The position numbers were made by a program, and so were the translations under genes. 64,000 nucleotides of DNA. Origin: Haplodiscus bocki (lineage: Eukaryota). The notes beneath the pieces were generated by a model, which saw nothing but the letters and a program-made list of their open reading frames with translations, had not been told where the DNA came from and did not search any database. Location: assembly GCA_965655095.1 (NCBI GenBank), contig OZ296658.1:57908001-57972000 (forward strand), written 5' to 3'. Positions 12,276-23,550 of the stretch are shown in pieces (within the stretch, counting starts at the first letter, position 1; each line of letters opens with the position of its first letter).

Positions 12276-14871
12276 TAGAAGATCGATCATCTTCGATATC
12301 ATGTGTTAGACAAAATTAACCTATTATGGTTAAATCAACCCTTACTTTTAGTTCTTTCTTCATGGCAATAGTTCTTGTTTTGCTTATCTGACTGGATATT
12401 TTTCTTTGGTTTGAGTCAATTGCTTTTTCGAGTTTTTATTCCACCTCCACTGTTGATGTTTCACTCCTTGTCAGTCAAGTATTATACCATTAAGCTACTT
12501 GTTTGGGTTTCTTTTATCTCAGATTTTTATATGGCGAGCGGAAAAGTTGCCAGTTGTTTTTGGGTGGGAATCCTCAGTCAGCGTAGTAGAGGCAGTGTAA
12601 TTTTAACTTTGTTTCTACCCTACTGAAATTTATCCCGTTTGTAAAAAAGTCTATTTTCCCTAAAAGTGTGTCAAATTTTCATTAGTAATTAAGGGAAACT
12701 AAGTCTAATCGGGACGGGGAAAGTATGCGGAAGCTTCCTTTGCTCCTTGTCTACCAGAGTTGCCGTCAATTTAGAGATGGCCCGGAGTCATCCCAAAATC
12801 TCCATGTCGTAAACTAAATAGACACAGAAACGTAGTAACTACCAAAGATCTTCAAGTTTTGACATTGATTGTGATATGGAAAACCCAACAGTGACTCAAA
12901 CCCACAGATCCTCGAAATATTATCCCCTAATACTCAAATGAAATTTCCCAAATGGGAACCTTTAAAACCGAGGAGCTCCTAGTCCCTGCCTTTCTTCTAT
13001 GCCAGGAGCAAGTATGAGACTTAGTATACATCACGACAATCTTTTAATGAACCTTTTGTTACTAACGGGACCAAGAATATCGGGCCTGTAACCTTGCACT
13101 TCACGATCCTTTTTCTATATGGAATGCCAATTCGCGTGATTTTTTCCAGAAAGTTTGTTTCCATCTAGGAATCACCACCTTCCAGAATTGAAGTTTCCAT
13201 CTGTATGGCATTTACATCCCGTGAAAGTAAAGTAGTTTATAACGCAGGATGATACAACTGGATCAAAAGACCTGAATCAAAGTGCAATGGGAGCCTTGCA
13301 GCTAAAGCAATTTTAAAATTTTGGATTTCACAACCCTGGATGAAAAATTCGAAGTTTTATTTCTGGAACGTTTCTGACATGCTGGACATCCAAAAAAGCA
13401 CCCCCCAAAATTATGAAGTCAAGAAACAGCATACCCAAGCCTTTTTTTCTTTCTCAATCAAGATAGAGAAAATACAAGAGAATGTTCATAAAAAAGACTA
13501 GGATATACTCAAACTTTCACCCTTTTCATTAATAATATGGGCATTTTTGAAAAAAAAATTCCTTGGTAAAATCCCTTTTTAGCCTCAGAGTAGAATCTTA
13601 CTGACCATCATTTATTTACGTCACAGGTTCGAGTTTTCTGGAGCAGGAGGCTAAGTCTAAGTCGTGATAGGCAAATAATCATCAGAAATTGCTTTCCTTT
13701 CTCTTCAGAACCTATCACGGAAATCAAAATTACCAGTGATTCAGGGAGGAGAGGATTTTCCGTGGTCTGACACCGGTTTATTTTTCGTTCAATTTTATGT
13801 ACATGGAGCCTACGAAAGATGTCTATTACAAAAGGAAGAGCTAAAACCAAAGTCTGCTGCTTTACACACAGCTTTCCATATAGCTTCACCTCGATTCTCG
13901 ATTCTGGTAGTCAAAATTGAAATTTTCCTTCCAGTTTTTGGTCTGCTGTGCATTAACTAGGATAATCAACAGAATTGAAAAAAGAATAATCGTAAAAACT
14001 GAAGTCCTCCCACAATTTTTATTAGTTCTTAGATAAATCGAAGTTTAATCACGATTTACAGAAGTTGAATGATTAAAATTGGAAACATTTAGCGGACGAT
14101 GTCCAGTGTTTTTCAATTTTCATGAGGGATCGTGCTAATAATCCTCCCAAGTCATCCAACAACAGTTGAGGGAAAAAGTTATGGCAGGCCTAAGTTGATT
14201 TGTGCATATTCAATGAGGCTATTGTTAAGCCATCTATACACGAACAAGTTTGGGGAGTGGTCTATATGCGTAGCTGAATTTAGGGGGTTGATTCTGTACA
14301 AAGAACAAAAAGGGATGATTGCAACATGATTCCTGCAAATCTTTCAATTATGTTAATGGACAATGTTGATTTTGAACATTTGATTCCATGGCAAAACAAC
14401 GGGTCAAAATTTGAGATGCTTTTTCATTTTGCGCAGATGAACAAGGTTTTTCCAATTTGAAGAGATTTTATTGGATGGCATGAGACACTCATCATCAGAT
14501 TCAAGTCGATTCCAGATATAGTTTTGTTCCCGCTGATGTATTGTTTGTCATTGATTTTTGTTGTTATTGTTGTTGTTGACTAATTTGAATAACACAAGGT
14601 GACCTAAAACAGCAACTGTGCTACTCGGAACTTTTTAAAAAGTTGATGTTGGTAACTAAGATGTAGAAACTTTTTTCCAGTCACCTATTCTTGCTGTCAC
14701 TCTATGTTGCTAATCATCAAACTTGGTTACATGTAAAATTCTCCCAACTAATTTTTTGTTCATAATTGATAAACTAATGGACAAACTACTTCATTCAATA
14801 GTTTTCTAGATTTTGATTGAAGAGTTTTAGAAAAGAAATTTTCACTTAGGATGTTTTGGCCTAACACCCAT

Positions 14872-16409
14872 TGTCGCATTATATCCGCGAAGCCTACGTG
14901 CATAAAGAAAGGAAAGGACATCCCCGGATTGCCTGAAAATTAGAAGAAACTGTATCGAAACTTTAGACTTTTCTATTTCCATTTATATATTATTGTTCCA
15001 TTCATATTTCAACGCCTTTACATGTAGTTGATACGTATCAAATACGTATCACTCTTCATTAAATTTTCATATAAATTCTACGTATTGTATACGTATCACT
15101 CCCGTGTACTGATCCAGATTGGGACGGAACTGCTACGGAATGGACACGTACCTACCTAGTAGCTACTCTAAGCTAGGAGTGAATATTTGTTCCGTACGCG
15201 TTCCGTCGCTACCGATCTGGTGACGTCACAAAATTTCAACCAATCCGCTGTGCTTTTATGCTGTGTCAATTTGGACGAACACGGAACGCTTACGGAGCCA
15301 CCTAATTCTTTCTTTTCAGTAGCACTGCGGCGTGCAGTGCTACAAGCGGCTACGTAGCCGTTCCGGAACACTTTGGCCAAAATGAGGAACCGGCGTGTAG
15401 TAACGAGGAACGGATTAAGCCTAGTTTTGTTCCAAAAGTGGATTAAATTGATGCAATAGTATTACCAAGCTTGTAATTATGATTTTCTATGATTATTTTA
15501 TTGTATTTTACTTAGTTTTGATGCATTTTTTATTACTTTCCTCTGATGGAAAATCTTTCTGATCATTCGTTTATGTTGTTATCTATCGTGTCGGCGCGGC
15601 AATAAGCACTTTGATATCAATTTCCGACTGATCAAACCCGTATATTTTCCGTCGAAAGATGGAAAAGACGCGGTGTGTGACGGAAGAAATGGACGGAAAG
15701 TTGTTTATTTCCCGCCACAGTCGGCATTTTTCTTTTGTAATTATTATGATTAAGGTACTTTTCCCTACTTTGTTACTTCACTTGGCGTGTAAACATTTTT
15801 GTTTCCCGCCAAGGAAAAGGTATAGATAGGAGAACTGAAAGTACTAGAAAAGAGATTGTTATAATCAATTTGATTATCAGTTGACTGTGCTGATTGCGAC
15901 TAGTTGTTTATTTCAAAGAATAACATTTTTTGTTATAATCTCAACTTGATTAAGAAATAAAAACTAATTCAGTCTTCATAACTGCGTAGCATTTTCCCTT
16001 CAAAAAAATGGCAATATTGAGAAACAAACGAAAGTTGGCAGCCGTTACAAGAGAAACACAAGGGGAACCTCCTAGGAACGGCCAATCACGAAACACGTCC
16101 GTTCCTAGAATTAACGAGGAATATATCACACAAGTTTCTGAAGAGATTGAAGGCAGAGTCACTAAAAAACTGTCCCAGGAATTCGGCAGGACAGAGTCCC
16201 GCATTTTGGGTGCTCTGTCTGAATTAGACGAATTTCTCTTGAACCCACAGATACGGATGCACTCCGGAAACGTTCCGGAGCATCCGGAAACACTAACGTG
16301 GAAAACCAGGGAACGAATGAGGACGACTCTCAGAGTCATCCTCATCCTGAAGCAGGCATCTTCTGCAGCCAGAATACACAAAACTCATGCCCAGAAGTTG
16401 GCCATGACA
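14872..16409 (+). mobile_element. Complete solo LTR, family A, copy 2 (1538 bp)
   Basis: Starts TGTC, ends GACA; perfect 5-bp TSD CCCAT at 14867-14871 and 16410-16414. Contains TGACGTCA plus CCAAT (15221-15245), TATA-like box at 15821 and ORF from 16008. Confidence 0.85.
16008..16409 (+). pseudogene. LTR-internal ORF N-terminus (MAILRNKRKLAAVTRE...), frameshift near 16280
   Basis: Homologous to 2136-2534 and 27064-27344; after the frameshift the homologous frame (NQGTNEDDSQSHPHPEAG) stays open to the LTR end. Confidence 0.65.
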
Positions 16410-16832
16410 CCCATAGTATGTGAAGTGGCATAAAAAAATACCTGACGTGCTTTTTCGATGCGGTGGAAAAGATCTAGTTAGTCGTGAACAGAATATTAAG
16501 AAAAACATTGACAGATTTCAAAATGATATCAATACAACGTGAACTGCGGATGATGTTTCTGTGCATGGCCATGATGGACGTCCGAAGTTTCTACAAATTT
16601 TCTCTGAATTCAATATTTTGAGATTAAAAGTACGGATGGATTAGCTTGGTGGTAAATTAAAAGCTTCGCTTGAAGTGGGTTGGAGTAAAAATTGAATTTA
16701 TTGCTAAATAATGGACATCATGATTCTCTGTTACAAAGGTCCAAAATTTAATTGACTTTATGAAATTGTATATGACGTCTTTTTCTCAATTACACACGAT
16801 CTTAATTGTTGTGAATTCACGACTTGACATAG

Positions 16833-17900
16833 TGTGAAGCGGTTTCCGCGAAAAATCTAAGTTTTTCCGTAGTTGATGGAATGGCATTCATGGTTTAGCC
16901 ATAATTGATGGAATGATTTTTGGATTGCCCTGATCTTGATATGAATTTCGGACAAATCAATGACTGTGATGAGAGTGTGTTTGTCGGTCGAAGTTCCTTT
17001 CAGCGACCGACAAGTCACCTGCCTCAGCGGTAATGTTACCACCAGTCTCATCGGTCTTATTGAAATCATTAGTCGAGCTCAACGTAATTGAGAAATCTTT
17101 CTGGCCTGGGTCAAGTATAGCACTACCCGTGTACCGTACAGAGGACGGTTAACTGATTGTACGGCCAGTTCCATCCTAGTTATCATCAAACTATCCTCTG
17201 CAGCCAAAACTGCTTCTTGTTCTCTGGTCACAGCCGTATGAGCCATATTGTTCACTTCACAACGCACTGTAACAGTGATATCTTTCTCAAGTGTTTCCAT
17301 CTCAACCTGAGAAACACTGACCATAAAAATTGTGTCAATAGAAGCTACGTTTCCACCTGGTGTATTCATCCTGCATTCCATCGGGGTGTCATAAATGTCT
17401 TGTCCTAATATAAAATTGTCAGTGAAATCATTCAAACGGCTTTGAAGCCTTCTATTTTGTTGTTCTCCTTCTACGTGTAGAAACCATGTTCCTTCCAACA
17501 AGTGAAATAAACCAAACTCTAGAACAGTACAAATAAAAAAAACTAAAAATTGATTCTATACTCAAAAAGTCCAATATATCAGTTTTAGTGTTTTGAGGGA
17601 CAACTTTTTGTCAAAATCACCAAAGTTCGAATGAACTCCCTATTTGGGTCTGATGGCAGTCGCGTCGCCTACATTCAACCTCAGTTCGGCGTCCAATCAG
17701 AAAGTCCCTTTTCATGACGTCACAACTATAACTAAAACTGTGACCAACATCAGAGGATGTGTGCCACAGTTTATTTGACGTCATTGAACAATTGCTCTGA
17801 GTAAACAAGGTGGAAAACACTATTGGGGTATAAATGGTTTTTGTCGGGTTGTACTGTTCTTCATGCATGAGACACGACCTATGTTGGAAAAGTATATATG
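16833..17900 (-). mobile_element. Probable solo LTR, family B, with internal ORF (17079-17501); 5' boundary undefined
   Basis: Minus-strand 3' end ...CCGCTTCACA at 16833; upstream CCAATCAG and TGACGTCA (17694-17723); ORF EQQNRRLQSRLNDF...LEKDI...; same architecture as family A. No TSD found. Confidence 0.45.
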
Positions 17901-18628
17901 GAAGGTCAGATGTTGGTTTTGGTGCTTGAGAAAGTGTTAAAATGCGTTAATTAACTCTTTCAGACTCAACTGCAGAATTGTGTCCGTTTAGCCTCACGCG
18001 ATCTATGTTTGCCAATTTGGTTTCATCAATTTTCAGTAGCGAGGTTTTTTTGACTATAACGTTTTAGAACAGCAACGACACAGCAAGATTGCGTCAGTTT
18101 CGTGCCCAATTTTGGCGTGTATTCATAAGATATGGTTCTCAATACGGCTGTTTCACTGATTGAGATGTGGGAGTCAGAATAGTACATATATATTGCAATC
18201 TACTGATCCTTGTTCAAGGCAATCGCATAACACAATCAAAACAATTCTACAAAGTCGCCGTTAGACTTTTTGACTATCCAACGACTGTATTTGTTCTCTG
18301 AGGTTTGGTTTCAGTTCTTCCATAATTTCCGATCAATGGGCAGGATCAAACCTCATTTCGACGCGTTAAAATTCATTTTTCGATAAGTTGACTATATTGC
18401 TACTCCTGCTATCAAAATGCACTTTCCCGTCCATGAAAAACAAATGAACGTTAATTGTGATACAAAACTTGCTTCCAAAATATCTGTTGAACCTCAATGG
18501 CTTTTTTTTCAACTGCTAGGTCTTAGGCCTGCCAAATGAAAAATCATTGGTTAACATTAATGAACTGATTTCAATTTGAGCGCTAAAATAGCAGTCAACA
18601 AAGAAAATTCTGTTTTTTTTTACTGAGT

Positions 18629-18828
18629 NNNNNNNNNNNNNNNNNNNNNNNNNNNNNNNNNNNNNNNNNNNNNNNNNNNNNNNNNNNNNNNNNNNNNNNN
18701 NNNNNNNNNNNNNNNNNNNNNNNNNNNNNNNNNNNNNNNNNNNNNNNNNNNNNNNNNNNNNNNNNNNNNNNNNNNNNNNNNNNNNNNNNNNNNNNNNNNN
18801 NNNNNNNNNNNNNNNNNNNNNNNNNNNN
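18629..18828. other. Assembly gap (200 N)
   Basis: Run of N. Confidence 1.
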
Positions 18829-18829
18829 A

Positions 18830-19910
18830 AATTTCGTTAATGAATCAGAAACATTAATTAGTGAGAATAGATATAACAATGAATCTACTGAAGTTATGAA
18901 AAAGCATTTTCCTTATGGAAATGAGATTTTTAGAAGAAGCTTCAAATGTTTGTACATCTGAAAGCGATCCAAAAAATTGGAAATCAAAATGTCCTGTTAC
19001 CTGGAAGTTTCTACGTGAAAAATAGCTTATTTTTATGAGTATTGATGATTATCAAAAATCTGTTAACAACTTTAGAAAGAAAGCGCCTGTTTAGTAAATT
19101 AAAAATTGATTATCCCAATGTTGAAAGAATAGACAGGAGTAAAAAAGTGATGAACTATTTATTATAAGGCTGTAGACGAATTAACTAAAGTATACTTAAG
19201 AAGTGTTGTTATTTTCTTCTCATTTGTTTTTGAGGAGTTTTTGAAAGTATCGATTAACAAATTTGATATCAATCCTCTATAGAGTGTTAGTATACCTGGT
19301 TGTAATTGGCTGTCTTGATTACATAAGACTGTATAAATTTACAAACATTTCGAGACAAAAAAATGATTCTATTACTTGAGAATGGCATTACGGGTGGTAT
19401 TTCATTTGTAATGGGTAATAGATTTTAAAAAAACAGATCAAAATAAAAAAAGATGATGTTTAAAACTTCTTTCGAAATTGATACCAACCCATTTTTTTGT
19501 GTAAGCTTGCCAGGATACACATATTAACAAGGTTTTAAAAATACTAAAATGGAATAACAAACAATTCAAGATAAAGTTTTAAGTTTGTTAATGGATAACT
19601 AAATTAGAGGAGGCATCTCATCAGTGACAGGAGATCGTTTTGTAAAATCAGACGAATAGAAAAAGAGATCATATTTTGATGCTAATAATTTATATGGTTG
19701 GCCCATTAGTGAATCTCTACCTTATGGTGAATTTAAAAAGGTTAACATTGTTAAATTAGAAGAATTTTTGAGTACTGATGATGATAGTGATTTTGGTTAT
19801 TTTGTCGAACTTGATGTAGACTTTCCTGAATATTTAAAAGAAAGACAACAAAAGTTTTTCCACTTGCACCCGAAAGTAGTATTAGTCCTAGAGATAAATT
19901 TAGGCACTTT
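18830..19910 (+). pseudogene. Protein-primed family B DNA polymerase (Polinton/Maverick/adintovirus pPolB) remnant
   Basis: Translates with stops/frameshifts to IRGGISSVTGDRFVKSDE..IIFDANNLYGWPISESLPYGEF..DDDSDFGYFVELDVDFPE..FPLAPE (RGG and D-x-N-x-L-Y motifs of pPolB). Confidence 0.85.
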
Positions 19911-19979
19911 ATGAGCTAGAGGAAACCATATATTTGCAAACAAGATAAAAAGTTTTTAAGTGAGTGGAATGACAAAAAC

Positions 19980-22900
19980 ATTTTGGGGATTTAGTACAGC
20001 ATGTTGAATTTTTTTTACCACACTGTATGATGTTTGACCGGAGACTCTGCTGTGTTGGGATTTCATTGTCAAAAACAGTTTGCACAAAGTTGGACAAAAC
20101 CTTAACAAAAAAATCTTAGACAAGACATACTACCCAGATCTCTTCTCAGGGATCGTGATTGTATCTGCGCAAGCCTGCACAAAACTTTCTTTTCAAACTA
20201 AATTCAGACAGTTACATTTGAATTGAGAAGTTATCTTTCTCTGTTTTAAACACCCTCAGGGCCGACCTTGTTCCTATGATTTTTAACAAGTGCAAATTGA
20301 TCTGCGGCCACAACTACAGACGCATTTGACACTCAGATCAGCTTCGTTAAAAGATTCCGCCCTGGGAGATCGTCTTTGGTGTCCTAACTTTTGGAAGGGT
20401 CACTACCTTGACCCTTAGGCGAGACGCTATGATGTATCTGAACTAGCTTGCAGAAAACAATCTGTTTCTTTTGGAACTATTTATTCCGACACGACTGAGC
20501 TTAGGTGTCCGGTTAGGCTATGAAAATTTTGTTCGTTTTGTTCAGAGGAATCTATGTTGGATCAAAAAAGGAAGCATCTCTTCCTGTGACAATTCGTTAT
20601 ATAAACGTTTAAAATCGCTCGGAAAGATCAAGTTTCTTGGAAATTTTTCTGCAAGGAACAATTCCCAAGTTCCCGAATCAGCTCATGCACTCCTATGCAA
20701 AAACAGCCAACGTTGATTTTAAGAACTTTCCTATTCACAGATCATCTGGGGCGCTTCAAATTGACACTTCAGACTTTGATTATCTGCTCCCGCTCTCTCC
20801 AAGGTCACCGAGCCTCACTGCACTCAAATTTTCATTAAAACTAACGTAGGCTATTGCAATTAAAGTCAATGGTTGGATTCCCTTATAGGAATGGACAACG
20901 TCAAGAAAACATTTGTTCATCCGCTGCGAAAAAGGGGCCTTGGCGTCAATCCAAATTTGTGCGATGTTTTGAAGACGTTTGATGCTGATTTTTCCATGTT
21001 CCTCAATTCCACGCTGCGTGTACCCGAAAACAGATTTATGTTGCTCAGCAGCATCTTTGGCGACCGCAGCACGGTCAGTAACCAGACTATTTGATGCACT
21101 GCGGAAGCTACAATTTGCTTAGGTCGAGTTTTTAATTTCATCCGACTGCCTAAATGCTTAGAAACTTAGCAAACTGCTACGATTACCACCAATTGTTTCC
21201 ACTGGAGAGGTGTCATTTGGCATAAAGCTGCGTTCCAGCCTCAAAAAAACCAAGGATAGAGCTCTCATAGGCTTCAAATGCTTGAATTCTGATCTGCGTC
21301 AACAAAATGGTGGCCTAGACCTGCGAACCACGTGTGAGATCCATCTGCCTACCCATCTTGATTTTTTGTTAGAAAATGCATCCCCATAGATATTCTAACT
21401 AACCAGTATTTCCACTTCTGCAATAAATCCTCCTATCAAAAACCCTTTTGGACCATATAAAACTTCCATTAAGTATAAACTTCCATAAGATATATTTGAA
21501 GAACTTCTTAAGATTTGAAGACATTTTCAACAAATTCATGCCAATCGCTTCCGAGAAAAGGATTTTGCAGCTCAGGCAAAATGTTGTCTTATATGACCAT
21601 CTATCCACCCTTCCAGTTTATAAAATAGCTCTGGAAAGGTAATCGCACGAGTTTGTCTGCTCTACTTCTGTTTCCAACATCGGTGCGCATTTGCCTTGTG
21701 TCAAGCATTGCCGGGCCTGCAACTTCCTAGATACAGTTAGCGCCCATAGAAACAGTTTTGGGGTTATAGTGAAAAACTACACCTTCATAAAGCGATCAGA
21801 TATCTAATTTTCTGATCAATATGTCAGGAAACTTCGCACCAGTGTTTGAGTTTTCCTCAATGTTCCGATTCTGCAGTAGAAAGCAGGACACATAGTGCTA
21901 TCTTCATGGTCTTGCACAATTGATGGCAGCGTCAGTTTTCTTTCCAAGCTTCAACAGTTTCAAGTTCCTCACAATAAAATGTTTATAAAGCAACGCAAAC
22001 GGAGGAGACAAAAATCTCTGCCAAGGAAAATGTTTGCAAAAGAAGCGGTGTGATTCGCCAACCAGTCGCGTTCGAGAAAAGTAGCGGGGTCTTTCTTCCT
22101 CCTTGCGCTTCTTGCCTTATATTTTGTCGCGCTGTGCGGCTGTTTGTGCCAAAATCCAGCCACATGTCTTCCTGGAGTTTTAGTAGAGGTCGAGCGTCGT
22201 CATCCAGCGTATCAATGCCAACTTCATACGGTGCATATCAGTTCAGATGGTCACGCCACATTTTGAAAATTATTTCTTGCAGCTTAATTGTTAAAAAAAC
22301 CGGCAATCCTATATTGCTGAAGCCGGCAAAGAACCCAAAGATGTCTCAACCTAAATACTGGATTCCTCCTACCAGCACGTATTTAGCACTGAGCCAGTTT
22401 CCAAGGATTCTTTCCTCAATCAATTAAAAATCCAGGAGGGTTATTCTTCACAACTTTCGAGCTCTGCACACCTTGAACTCCCTTGCTTCAGCGTAGATAG
22501 TGGAAACGGTTTTTTTTTCTAAAATTTTGAAAAAAATTCAACATCCCATGAAATTTTTCTGTCGTAGAACAAACAGTCATGGGGCCGAACTCTCGGCAAA
22601 CACATCCAACATGAGGTTCTTCGTTATAAACATAAAGTTTATCTACTGTAAATCAAGCAACAGGTGCTTAGCTTTTCGCTGTTCATTTATGATTGAGCTT
22701 CCTTCTTGCCGAACCTACAATCTGTAGTGCAGTGTCCGGTTGAGTTCGACGCATCTATACACAATGACTTTATCGGACCTGGAAGTCAAAATGGAGGAGT
22801 TCAGCAGCGTTCTCAGCTGTTGTTTGGGTCAACTGGAAAAATGAGAGTAGCCCAGTCAATCTTGACAGTCGTCTGGTCAAGGAGGCAGCATTGTCGATCA

Positions 22901-23550
22901 AAGATTCAACTCAAAACCGCTTTTCGTCACACCATTGACCGAGCAAGCTGATAGAAACAATTTGGCGGTCGGTTGGATTTTATCCATATGCCCAACACAT
23001 CATCAGACACAAAATATCATACAGCTGATAAACTGGAAGCCCAATCATATTTTAATGAGGGAAACATCTTTCCACAAACATCAAATGCGATTCCAACCTC
23101 AAATAAATATCCCCAATCTGAAACTGACCTGCCGTTGACTTCGTCCCTGAGCAGGTTCAAAAACCATCAGTATATTAGTGTGGCTGGTCAGCAGATCAAG
23201 CAAGAAGAGGTGCCAATCCTGGGTGTTTTTGCGAGATACAGGAGGCACCAGAACCAGAAACAATGCAACTGTGAAAACCAGAGCAATATATTCAAGCATG
23301 ATTGCTACAGAAGTTTGTTTCAGTTGCAATGCGTTTGATTAAAACAAGTACCGAAAATTCTACAGCCAAAGTCTTCCTTGCGGAACGAGACTTCCGCGCC
23401 TCTCCTAATTCTGATTCGACACGTTTGTGGTCGGCTGACAAACATCATGCAGAATTATACGCATCAACGTGGTGTTGGTAAGAAGATCTTATCAGCTCGA
23501 CACTCAAATTCCAAGTTCTGTACTCGGTCGTCCTAAATCAAAAAGCCGAA
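19980..23550. other. Decayed coding-like tract, apparently plus-strand (to ~21950) converging on minus-strand (from ~23500)
   Basis: Successive plus ORFs 20471, 20637, 20873, 21448 look like one broken frame; minus fragments WFLNLLRDEVNGRSVSDWGYLFEV.. and YEVGIDTLDDDARPLLKLQEDMWLDF..; no family recognised. Confidence 0.3.

Noticed and set aside
16828-21895. CATAG TSD pairing 16833 with GACA at 21890 as one 5-kb element
   Set aside because: Spans a scaffold gap and unrelated pPolB DNA; a 5-mer match is expected by chance.
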